This document shows, one piece after another, positions 51,201-61,080 of a stretch of DNA of 64,000 bases; within the stretch, counting starts at the first letter, position 1; each line of letters begins with the position of its first letter. The notes under the pieces are model-generated. The model did no database searches. It saw only the letters and a list, made by a program, of their open reading frames with translations, and was not told the origin of the DNA. Position numbers and translations under genes: made by a program. The stretch spans positions 2,790,001-2,854,000 of the forward strand of contig NW_026781970.1 in assembly GCF_031769215.1 (NCBI RefSeq), written 5' to 3'. Origin of the DNA: Ylistrum balloti (Eukaryota).

Positions 51201-52210
51201 CAGTTAAACAACTTGTCCGATATAATGTTGGCCTGGGAGCCCGTGTCTAATTTGAACCTGACATTTGTTCCATTGATGTTGAGATTTGCGAAAGCTTCAT
51301 TAGTTCCAACCTCTGTTTTGTGATTATGTACTGCACCAATGAACAAGTCTTCGAATCCTTCCATGTCCACTGCCTCATTCGCGTGTACCACTTTAGTTTT
51401 ACACTGTCGAGCGAAATGATTCATTCCCTTACATTTATCACATATTTGACCAAATGCTGGACATTTCCGATATCCGTGTTTAGTGCCACAACGTCCACAC
51501 TGAAATAGTTTTTGTTTTACATGTTGTTTGCTGTGGTTGGAGTTGTCTCCCCTGACTGACTGTTTCTTGTTACCTCCCCTTGCACTATGTGGTCTATTTG
51601 TATAACGTTCCTTGGGGGGTCTGTTTTGTTTATCACGATGATTTTTGTGTACTGCGTTGACTTCTTCTGTGTTTAGATTTTTTAACATTTGTTGTGACTC
51701 CTCACTGGCTCTGCAAGCAGTTATGGCCCTTTCAAGTGTGAGTTGATTGTCTCTCAAAAGTCGTTCTTTCACCTTTTCTGAAAATACACCACAGACAATA
51801 CGATCGCGTAACATTTCATCTTCCAGTGTACCAAATTTACAGTTTTTTGCAATAATGCGTAGTTCGGTCACGAATTCATCAATAGTTTCTGTTTTACCTT
51901 GTGTACGTGCGTAGAATCTGTGTCGCCACACAGTTATGTTTTCCCTCGGGGCACAGTGAGACTTAAATTTGTTTATTAAAACTTCAATTTTGTCTTTTTC
52001 TTCCTCTGTGAATGTGAAAGTGTTGTAAATTTCCCTTCCGTCTTGTCCTATTATGTATAGGAATGCACTACATTTTTCCTTTTCAGATTTATCTGACATC
52101 GCTATATCTAAATATAGTCGCATGGATTGTTCCCATTTTCTCCATTTTTGTGGGAGATTTCCCTCAGACGCCGAAAAGTCTAATTCTGGGGGTGGGCGGA
52201 TATGTTCCAT
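48236..52210 (-). CDS. Gag-Pol polyprotein, 1324 aa (gag with two Zn knuckles, aspartic protease, RT, RNase H, integrase)
   Basis: CGRCGTKHGYRKC and CDKCKGMNHFARQC knuckles; LDTGS; RMPFGI and DIDDIL; DASKSGLG, ELLAV, SDHKPL; HxxH...CxxC, DLF, SDNGPQ, NGLAEKSVQ; domain order PR-RT-RH-IN is Ty3/Gypsy. Confidence 0.97.
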   Translation of the reverse strand: MEHIRPPPELDFSASEGNLPQKWRKWEQSMRLYLDIAMSDKSEKEKCSAFLYIIGQDGREIYNTFTFTEEEKDKIEVLINKFKSHCAPRENITVWRHRFYARTQGKTETIDEFVTELRIIAKNCKFGTLEDEMLRDRIVCGVFSEKVKERLLRDNQLTLERAITACRASEESQQMLKNLNTEEVNAVHKNHRDKQNRPPKERYTNRPHSARGGNKKQSVRGDNSNHSKQHVKQKLFQCGRCGTKHGYRKCPAFGQICDKCKGMNHFARQCKTKVVHANEAVDMEGFEDLFIGAVHNHKTEVGTNEAFANLNINGTNVRFKLDTGSQANIISDKLFNCLNVEPKIKLSDTATRLSSYTGNKIPIKGKCRLQCLNENVEFYVAREDTVPLLGFKSCQDLGLVKVVMMTEKVTEPSVDKQDPTSKFLEIFKGLGCLKEPYTIKVDKSVTPVVNPPRKIPANLRDKLKITLNEMEKNGVVRKVDEPTDWVSSIVLVEKPKSGKLRVCLDPRNLNKAIKREHFELPTIEDITTRMSGAKIFTKLDANSGYWQIPLDEPSQLLTTFNTPFGRYCYLRMPFGIKSAQEVFQKRIAQHFDDIEGVEVDIDDILVFGKDNAEHDARLDRVLRSCEQINLTLNKDKCRFSENEVTYIGHRLSAAGVKPDPEKLSAITEMPRPVDKKGVERLLGTVNYLAKFIPNMSTITQPIRELLRKDVAFQWNKSQDDAFKQILGILSKEPVLAFYDPRLPTTVSADASKSGLGAVILQRNKPIAFASRAMTDTESRYAQIEKELLAVTFALERFNNYTCGSQALTVESDHKPLEAILKKPLSQAPPRLQRMLLRLQRYDFTLIYRPGKELVVADTLSRAYLPNKDGNMDEELNCHVHTVLNSLPVSVNKMDQIRTRTDEDEQLSQVKALIENGWPENKNVLTKNLQEFWKLRNELTINEGIVLKGERIVIPESLQDEILSDLHVGHFGIEKTKLRARSIVYWHGMNTDIADMISRCSTCMDMRNNNQKEPLKPTPVPSGPWQVVGTDLFSWNQSDFLIVTDYYSRYFEVAKLENTKSVTVITHLKSIFARHGIPFEVRSDNGPQYSSSEFKTFATKWKFKHTTSSPYFAQANGLAEKSVQTMKRILEKTNANGQDPYLALLEYRNSPTDTESPAQLLMSRELRSVLPVTQLKLQPRVVSSEHVQKTRQKSQQKQKKYFDIGAKRLSELNDGDKIRFKHRGQWTPGNIYNHSEYPRSYTVVTPDGEKFRRNRRDIIQSREETFRRNTEDIPDFMEQESTTKPSDTPTHKATALAMPTGNSPSMKTKYGRSVKLPARFKDYEM

Positions 52211-52444
52211 TATGTTGGATTGGGCTGATAATGTCTATTTGCCTGTATTTCGGTATTTTACCGGTCTGGGTAGGGGGTTTTGGTTTCTGGCGGGTAGCAC
52301 GTGTTTTATACAGCGCACACTAGATGTCATCGATTCGACAGTTATTGACGAGTTAAGCGATATGACATACTATATTCATTCCGCCGATATCTGGTTGGAT
52401 ATGTTGCCTTACCAAATACCCATATTTCCATCAGTATCCCGCTG

Positions 52445-52454
52445 TCTGACACCA
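52445..52454 (-). promoter_or_regulatory. Primer binding site, probably tRNA-Leu
   Basis: TGGTGTCAGA directly after the 5' LTR, complementary to the 3' end ...UCUGACACCA of tRNA-Leu (recalled, not searched). Confidence 0.75.
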
Positions 52455-52612
52455 TGCTTTGCTTAGACGTTTCAGCGATAGACTAAACAACACGTTTCTT
52501 CTCAGCTCCATGTTTTTTTTTATTTCCAGAACGAGGCTGTCCTATAACCAATACAGGAGAGGATCTAAGAGAGATAACTCTTACGAGATTACAACTACTA
52601 TAGATCATTACA
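52455..52612 (-). repeat. 5' LTR of the Gypsy element
   Basis: 158 bp, TG...CA on the minus strand, followed by PBS. Confidence 0.95.
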
Positions 52613-52739
52613 GAAGGTATTGAATTGACAGGGCTTTTCCTTGTAATGACCTTATATAGATATGTATAAAAAGGTGGAAAATAATGACAAAATGGCGATA
52701 AGATTATACTGAAAAGAGATTGAATGGGTAGTGTTTTAT

Positions 52740-52920
52740 ATGTATATGAGGTGGTCGTAGTCTGTACAATCCCAAGAAAGTTGATATAGCTAGGCTTTGA
52801 CCTTCTGCTTAAAAAGGTTGTTTTCTCTGTCCAACTGTGGAATTGTCCCAGACATTAATATGGTGTGTCATGACATTTTGGCACTGATTTGTTGCTCTGT
52901 GACTGATTGTTTTCGCTCTG
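52740..52920 (-). pseudogene. Frameshifted C-terminal end of a Penelope-like GIY-YIG endonuclease
   Basis: Across frameshifts reads ...S-VTEQQISAK / HHINVWDNSTV / LDRENNLFKQKVK / AI... YD-PHI, resembling the PLE consensus SAVxEH...HxIxWDxxxILDRExxxFxRxVKEAIxI...YxLPxIY. Confidence 0.55.
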
Positions 52921-53690
52921 ATCTGGAGGTGACACATTATTAGTGTATTTCAAACATAATTCATAAAGTTGCAAGTGAAGTGTTAATAAGATATATATGT
53001 ATTTTATTCCTGTGACCATGAAAATAAGGCCAAGGTCATTCGTATAATTTGAATTGAGGATTTAGGTCACAGTTGCAAATATCAGCCACATTGAGATAAA
53101 CACCCTGCAACCTTAGCAGAATGATTCATTGCCATTGGATTTCATTTAAATTTTTTACTGATGTTGTTGAAAAATCTTCTTTCATCTCATCTATTTGGGA
53201 TAACTTTCACATATTTAGCACCTTTTAACACCTTCCCAGATCTTTGATTTGATCAGACACTTTTGTAATTGCCACTCTGTTGTATGTATACAACTTTTGA
53301 TGCTGAACAGATCAAAAACTTGTCAACATGTATAGAGATCCCTTTGTTGATGGGCAAAGGTAATGGGTTATGCTGATTTTTATTTGTTTGTCATGTTAAA
53401 TGATTGTTAACTGATAGCATAAATAGGGGGCTTGTAGCTGTTGTAATATTTTGTTATTTGTTTTTTTTAATTTTCAGACCAACATGTTGCAGTTGAAAAC
53501 TTAGCTGTTAGAAAATCAAAATTTAGAAGTTTGAATGCTTTGATTTTATAAACCAACTCCTTTTCATCTCTTTACTTCCTACAATTTAGATAATTGCATC
53601 CATTTTTGTAGGGGAAATATTTCTAGCAAATTACCATTTTCTCCGGAATTATGGACAATATTACCGCTCGAAAATTAGCTTTTGATTGTA

Positions 53691-53906
53691 AACTTCCGGT
53701 TGAAAATGTTTTCTGCTTTCGCAGCAGAAAGTTTAAAAATAGAAATGGTGTAAGGTGTACCTAGTTTATCTTAAAACCCCGGCCTGCGGTCAGTACCTTA
53801 ATGTATTGAATAAATATCGGCGTTGTAGGACGTGAACCAGCTGTACAAGGTTGGCTAGGGGCGTATACTCTACTTACATTGTACCGGCAGACGATACTGA
53901 GTACGG
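53691..53906 (+). promoter_or_regulatory. Probable promoter and non-coding first exon of the archaemetzincin gene
   Basis: ETS motif ACTTCCGGT at 53692-53700, CpG-rich patch, strong donor CGG|GTAAGT at 53906/53907; matching acceptor TTCATAG| at 55428, 16 nt before the ATG. Confidence 0.45.
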
Positions 53907-55444
53907 GTAAGTAGAGCGCCTGTGATCTAAACGAAGGGTACAATGTATGTTTATTCATGATTACCCATTGACTAGCATTCTTGAGAAAAGTTCATTTTGT
54001 AAATGAAGATGATGTGATGATTAAGTGTTCCCGCACATTTATCTTTGAGGACTAGCTCAACACTTCGTAATGATTGTGTCGTCTACGAAATTCTCCTCTT
54101 GTTATCCACATAACGGTAGTCTGCTAACGCTGACGATAAACGCAGGCTTCAACTTTCGGAACCTGTGATTATTTTAAGTTTAATCGGACTATTATAATAT
54201 CAACCTGTAACCTATGACCATAAAGCGATGTTACTATATGTAGCTTCATACTGATGATATATTTAATATAACTTATCTCGTGCGTGCAGACACTGTTTAA
54301 CGTTTGTCACAGTTACTTCTGTAAAACCCAATACCTACCGGCCCAGCTTACCTACCTCTCGCAGTGAATTTCCTTTCCTATCATCCATATCCCTTAAGGC
54401 ACAAAGTTTAAAATGATCCCAAATACTAATTCGGCCAATAAGTAACCTCATAAAAAGTCTATTTATTAACCATTTAGTAAACTCCTACTAAAACCTCCAA
54501 CCTCTTTCAATACGAACTTCACAATAAAAAGATTTAATCATCGGAAAATGTTGAAAAGTGAACAGCAACATGGAGAAAGGAACAGTGTGGATTTAAATAA
54601 AGTATAGACATTGATAAAGCGGGAGTATATAGAATGGCAGATAGAATTATACCTGTATGGAAACCAAAAACAGATCACCACCAGCACCTTACTAACAACT
54701 AGCTCAAAGTCCATTGGATGGGACTTAAAATGGTGACCCATGTGAGAATGTCCAACTTGTACGATAAAGTTCCCTCTGCGGCTTTTTGAAAAAGAGCAGG
54801 TGTGATAATGCGGGTCAAGAGGTTAGAGTTAGGTTAATAGCAATAGGGATTATTTATTAAGTAATTTTGATGGAATTCCCAAATACTTTCCACATATCAG
54901 AATTTATCTAGTGTAGGACCCCTTGCTCTGCTACTCTGTCCTTTACCGGTCCTCTTGTTGGGATATAATAATATAATAATATACAACATTTATATAGTGA
55001 ATATCTATTTTGACAAAATACTCTATTGGGCTTCACAATTACATAATAATCTTACTACAAAATTTACAGAACATGTATAACACAGTAATCAACATATGTA
55101 GAATGTGTAACACAGTAACCAAATCAAGTGCTTAGAGTTAGGCTAGGTCTACAATTAGGCTTGGTTTAAGAAACATTGACCGCCCCTCTCTCCCTTATCT
55201 CTGTATCCCAATCTTTCCCATTGCTTCCTATTTTTCCCCTTCTACTCATTTTCTCTTATATATTAAAGGACTAAACCTGTTAGAAAAAATAAATAAACTT
55301 CAATAATTCACTGTGTGTGTAGGCACTGCTTCATGTTTTGTCACATGCACAGAAAGTGCACATGCATTTGAGTAGTCTATGCATTTGAGTAGTCTTTAGT
55401 TATTTTATCCTTTCATTTTCATTCATAGGATTACTGCCTGAAAA

Positions 55445-56575
55445 ATGCCAAAGCAAAAATCAAAGAAGAACAACCGTCATGTGCCTTATGCTGTTGGTTT
55501 CAAACCACCCCCTGAACAGGCAAAGATCAAAGCAATTGGATCTTGTCCAATAGTTCCAGAATTAGATCCACAGTCCTCTGATGGTTTTGAATTTTTTCCT
55601 CCCATTCCCCAGCCAACAAGCATTGATGACTGGCTTGCCCAGTATAACGAGGAAGGACAGTCGTATTGGGATTATCTTAAACAAAGTCCTTGGCTTTCAA
55701 AGAGAAAGTTGAAGTACATGCCACAATTATTTGTGCACAATGGAAGAACTATTTTGGAGAAATATCCAAATGGTAAAATATACCTGCTGCCTCTTGGTGA
55801 CTTTACTGGTGAAAATTGTGTTAAGTTTAAATACTTGATTGAATTTTCTCAGATCTACTTGGGTATACCTGTGGTTGAATTACCAGGAATTGCCCTTGAA
55901 GAAGAAAATCATAAAATTTTCTGGACAGAAAATCCTGAAGATCGACCAATATATGGCAAGAGGTCAAGTGCTCGAAAAAGAAAATTTGAAATAAATTCCA
56001 GATTCCATCCAGCAACAAAACGTATACAATTGAAAATGGATGAGACATTATTGCGTTTGAAGAGCCTTATCCCAGCAGATGCTATCTGCATGGTTGGCCT
56101 GACAATGTATGATCTCTACGGAGATGACACAGACCTTTTTGTAGCAGGAATGGCAGCTGGGAATCATCGCGTTGCAGTGTTCAGTTTCAATAGGTATGAC
56201 CCAGCTCTTACTTTTTCCATTGAAAAGTGGTATGACATCACTTGTAACAGCTCCATGAGTTCTAGTGAACGAAGAAAACTGATTTTGCAACGAAGCTGTA
56301 AGCTGTTGGTTCATGAAATTGGACATCTGCTGGGCATCGATCACTGTATATATTATGACTGCTGTATGAATGGATCGGGCCACTTGACTGAGGACTTCAG
56401 ACAACCCATGCACTTGTGTCCTGTTGATCTTCACAAGCTGCATACACTAGTGGGATTTGATGTTGTCAGCAGGTATCAAGCTCTCGCTAAGTTCTACATG
56501 GATCACAAAATGGATGAAGAACATAATTGGGTAATTAAGAGGATTGAATTCATCTTGAACCAATCAAAAACATGA
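55445..56575 (+). CDS. AMZ2: Archaemetzincin (peptidase M54) zinc metalloprotease, AMZ2-like, 376 aa, intronless CDS
   Basis: DWLAQYNEEGQSY, IYLLPLG, GLTMYDLY, VAVFSFNRYDP, and HEIGHLLGIDHCIYYDCCMNGS...LCPVDLHKL (HExxHxxGxxH plus Met-turn and Cys cluster). Orthology to vertebrate AMZ2 versus a sister subfamily untested. Confidence 0.9.
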   Translation: MPKQKSKKNNRHVPYAVGFKPPPEQAKIKAIGSCPIVPELDPQSSDGFEFFPPIPQPTSIDDWLAQYNEEGQSYWDYLKQSPWLSKRKLKYMPQLFVHNGRTILEKYPNGKIYLLPLGDFTGENCVKFKYLIEFSQIYLGIPVVELPGIALEEENHKIFWTENPEDRPIYGKRSSARKRKFEINSRFHPATKRIQLKMDETLLRLKSLIPADAICMVGLTMYDLYGDDTDLFVAGMAAGNHRVAVFSFNRYDPALTFSIEKWYDITCNSSMSSSERRKLILQRSCKLLVHEIGHLLGIDHCIYYDCCMNGSGHLTEDFRQPMHLCPVDLHKLHTLVGFDVVSRYQALAKFYMDHKMDEEHNWVIKRIEFILNQSKT

Positions 56576-57145
56576 TGATATCGACCATACCTCAACATGG
56601 TTTAATATGACTTCATACAACTGGGTAGCCCTGTGGTCATTACTCTAATTTTTTTATGGGTCTAGCATAAAAAGTGTCAACAAATTACAAGAAGTTAGCA
56701 ACATCAAAAGATATGTTTTTATGATCATAATACACCTTTGTACTAAGTTTCATGTTGATATTTGTAAAATTAGTTGAGTACAGGAGATTTTAAATTCCCT
56801 CCCTGTCATTTCTTGACACTTTTTAGATAGACCATATTGAATTATTTGTCTTCAGGTCTTCATTTAATTCGTGTATCGGCTGTGTTTTATAATATTTTCT
56901 GTATATTGTTGATGCTGATGGCAATTACATATGTTTTAATCATAATTGATTATGTATCAGACTGTGATAATCAGATTTTGCAATTTTATTTATGTATCAA
57001 CTTATTTATTGCAATTGTTATGTTTTTCTATAGAATTTATTGTAATTGTTATTTTTTTCTAAAGAATATATTTTAAGGGAAATTTTTTTTTCTACAACCA
57101 ATTGACCATAAAGATACATGTACGACACTATAATGTTCATACTAA

Positions 57146-57320
57146 ACTATGACCTTGATCATACAAAAGTGTGACTTTGATCATACAAATATTTGACCAT
57201 GATCACACAAAATTGTGGCCTTAATCACGAAAAACAGAAAGGTTGATCATGTAAAACTGACCTTGATCATACAAAGCTGTGATTGACCTTGGTCACACCA
57301 AACCAAACTTGACCATATGC
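57146..57320. repeat. Decayed ~22-bp tandem array
   Basis: Recurrent TGACCTTGATCATACAAA variants, about 7-8 diverged copies. Confidence 0.6.
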
Positions 57321-58046
57321 AGGCTGATAAATGTTACCTCACACCAGGTCTACTATATGCATGTACACAAGTTTCATTACAGTTGTCAAGAACATGTGTT
57401 ATTAAAGGTAGACTTGAGTTTCTGTGTTTCCATGTTTTATGCAATGTATCAAGGAGTACTAAATGATTTAGACTACAAATATGTTTGGAATAAAGATTAA
57501 CTACATTTGAACATGTTGATTAAAAGCTGAAATCTAATTAAGGGTGTAAGCTACATTAATGCAACATGGACTGAAGACAAAAGAAGCAAACTTACTATGA
57601 AATGCATCTCCATTCCAAAAAAGTTCCTAAATTGTATGTCATCAAAATAAATCATTGAAATAATTGCATTAAATATCTTCTGTTTAATCAATGGTACATA
57701 ACATTAAGATTTTGATTGAGTTACCGATTTATCAATACATAACTGCATCTAATTTTACAACTACCAAATCTTAGACTATCATAGAAAGCACATTGTACAC
57801 TGTTGATATTGAATGAAACCCAACAAAAGGGGGAGTATATTGAGCTTTTTCTCAACAGCATTTAAGCAGTGACAACATTAAGTACCACTACAACAACGAC
57901 TTTCAAATTCAAGCTTTTGACACCAGTAACATTTGCTCATACAATTGACTACTTTATGTGATTTCTCTGTTAATCCTCATCTTTACTTCTAATGAAAATG
58001 AATGTATTATGCGGGAGGTAGTATTCATCTATCATTAACAATAATT

Positions 58047-58451
58047 CTATACAGAACACAGGCTGTAGTGTATCAGTAACTTTAGTACTATACAGAACAC
58101 AGGCTTTAGTGTGTGAGGTAGCAGATATATATATATCAGTAACTTTAGTACTATACAGAACACAGGCTGTAGTGTGTGAGGTAGCAGATATATATATATC
58201 AGTAACTTTATTACTATACAGAACAGACTGTAGTGTGTGTGGTAGCAGATATATATATATCAGTAACTTTAGTACTATACAGAACACAGACTGTAGTGTG
58301 TGAGGTAGCAGATATATATATATCAGTAACTTTAGTACTATACAGAACACAGGCTGTAGTGTGTGAGGTAGCAGATATATATATCAGTAACTATAGTACT
58401 ATATAGAACACAGGCTGTAGTGTGTGAGGTAGCAGATATATATATCAGTAA
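58047..58451. repeat. Minisatellite, 61-63-bp unit with embedded (AT)n, six near-full copies plus one internally deleted copy
   Basis: CTATACAGAAC starts at 58047, 58088, 58151, 58214, 58275, 58338, 58399. Confidence 0.95.
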
Positions 58452-60936
58452 ATGGATAATGTGGGAGGTAGCCTTAACTTTTGCTTTTACACAGACTATA
58501 CAGAACATACTGGTAATCCTCAAATTCATAAAGTAGCTGCAAGAAATTTGAAAAAAATAACAGAATACTGGAGTCAGTTGTATTGATGAGGTTTGTGAGG
58601 TCCTTCTGGTAAAATGGAAAACAAATGCTAATTTCTTTATATCACATTTATTTTTTGCATGAAAATAATATTGAGAAAATGTGACAGTGCGTTTGTCACA
58701 TTCATATATATACACACTTATGTATTTTATAGAAATGCATAAAAAATATAAACAAATATACTACAATGGTAAAGGACGGTTTTTAATGCACAACTTTTGT
58801 ATTTTAAAAAAACCAGTTGAAACACAGCACATTTTTAATCTTTAACATATTTAAGATCATTGTAACAGAAATAAATAATAAAATATCAACAAATATTTAA
58901 ATGGTAGAAAAGGATGGTTCCTAATGCATGTATTCAGCAGTTTTGTTAGAGAATTATAATATCACAGACTTTGCAAATTCCTTGCATTGGATCTATAATA
59001 AGCAGAAACCAAACAAATATTGAAGAATTTATGCAAACTATTTTATATACATAGGGAACTATTTTGCATACATTGGGTCTTAAAAGTTTTAAAGACACAT
59101 AGTCTGAATGGTTATTTCAATAGGTAAAAACCATTTAAAGTTTATGGAGCGGTTCCCTATGACAAGTAGCTAAGTCTCTCTAGAGAGTGTTCTCACAAGT
59201 CACTTTTTTTTTCTTCTTTTGTAACGCTCAAAACAATATCTCTTGATTATTAGATTACTACTTCTGTTGGTGGGTTGTACACAGACTGATTTATTTTTAA
59301 ATATTTCATTTAAATCCTAAAATTCCATTTTGATATCATTTTCATATAACTTCTTACAAGGAAATTGAAAATAGAATCATGCTCTGAATATTTTACATTC
59401 ATTTACTCTTTTCAACTGGTTACAAAATATTTGTCCACTTCCCATGTACTTGTATATGTTGTACCAGACATGCTATCCTGGACAAGAGAAAACAAGGCTC
59501 TGAACTTTAGTTCATTTATAATGCTTAGCAAGGGTATTGAAATGGATAAGCCATAATATTGGTTACAAATCAAGGTAATGACAGTACATGCACATAGGTA
59601 TTCAGCATTCTTTCTGTAAAACTCCAAAACAATTACTGATGTTTACAAAATACTGTGCATGTTTATCTAATGAGTAAACAACAAACATGTTCATAATTTT
59701 AGATATACATGTACAGGATATTAATACATATTTACCAGTATCCTACCTGTAAGTGAGAAAGATTCCATCTTTCTTTTGAATGATGTAATGGAAATGTTTG
59801 ACTACCTGTGATGTCAGCTATTACAAACATCTAGGAGACTGACAATTTTCTAGTCAGAAACCACTTACATTATTCAAATTTAAGAGCACAAACAAAACCT
59901 TTTAGTACTTTGCAGCACAAATGAAATAAAATTCAATGGAAAACCATTGATAGTTTGTGAAGACATTTTCAGGCAGAAAAAAAATGAAATGTAGTGAATT
60001 GTTGAGAATGTTGATTAAACAGGAATTGATAACAAAAGATAACCAGAAATTCACAAACAAAAAATACTGCTTTGGAAAAATGATTATCCTTCCAATAAAT
60101 TACATTATGAAAGAAAAAAGCAGGTTTTTGTTTTCAATTAAATATTTCTCTTAACATACCAACAAATTGTACAAAAGAAATTTGGAATCAGGAATGGAGT
60201 ATGTAACAAATCTTAAAAGGAGATGAAAATGAAATGAGCTTAATCATACAATCTTCTGGAAATCTGTAATCTAGTATGCCTAATTAAATCATATTCATTA
60301 TACTTTCTGCTTACATTTTGTTTTAACAGATTGGCAGAAATAATCTATGTAAATATCACAAATTTGGATATAAAATATATTCAAATTTACACACAACCCA
60401 ACAAAGATGTGAGTTAATGGTTGGTTAAGCTAACTGCTGGCTGATAAACAAGAAATATCCAAAACAATTTAACAAAGTATAATCTGGAATGTTTTTCCGC
60501 ATCTTTGGTCTGATTACGCATCACCTAAATAGCCAGTGGTGTATATCTGCCATTTTAAAAAATTCGAACAATCTCTTGAGTTCTGGTTCTGAGATTTATT
60601 TGACCTTAATTATATGTTCAGGTCAACAGTCATCTATATCTTTTGGTTTTTCGAGATAACTGTGCAATTAGCTGGGGCTATCCATCTTTTATATGCCCTG
60701 ATTCTTCAAGAATAAGTTTGACCTATATATTGTGTGTTCAGGTTGATGGTGCAACCACACCTTGGCTGTTCTGAGATAACCTTGACCTTATTTGTGTATT
60801 TATATCAAAGGTCATCAAAGTCAAGTCTAAAACATTGACCTATTTATGACTTTTCCTTGATGATACAACCATTCCAATACCTGGTTTTTTCTTTTTTCTA
60901 TCAAACAGTACCAAATATGATCAATTGAAAACTATC

Positions 60937-61067
60937 TCTGACACTTGTATGATGGTGACGAGTCTGACACTTGTATGATCACTTGTGTGATGGTGACAAC
61001 TCTGACACTTGTATGATGGCGGCGACTCTGACACTTGTATGATGGCGACAACTCTGACACTTGTATG
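60937..61067. repeat. 26-bp tandem array (5 copies) in the 3' UTR of the minus-strand gene
   Basis: TCTGACACTTGTATGATGG(T/C)G... at 60937, 60963, 61001, 61027, 61053; second unit has a 12-nt internal duplication. Confidence 0.9.
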
Positions 61068-61080
61068 TAGAGGACAACAA

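Larger units (their letters stand above)
47642..52612 (-). mobile_element. Full-length Ty3/Gypsy LTR retrotransposon, Mag-type (4971 bp)
   Basis: Two 158-bp TG...CA LTRs differing at one site, 5-bp TSD GAAGG (47637-47641, 52613-52617), PBS, PPT and uninterrupted gag-pol ORF. Confidence 0.97.

Noticed and set aside
48252-52466. Short + strand ORFs overlapping gag-pol (48252, 49815, 50264, 50277, 50586, 51320, 52053, 52063)
   Set aside because: Antisense shadows of the long coding frame; no independent motifs.
53222-54360. Possible minus-strand transcript divergent from or overlapping the AMZ2 promoter (donors near 53664 and 54357)
   Set aside because: Only isolated splice-like words, no ORF or linked exon chain; cannot be supported without expression data.
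58047-58451. CRISPR-like array, and the repetitive ORFs 57970-58350, 58109-58303, 58338-58715
   Set aside because: Head-to-tail repeats with no unique spacers, no cas genes, eukaryotic context; ORFs are by-products of a unit length divisible by three.
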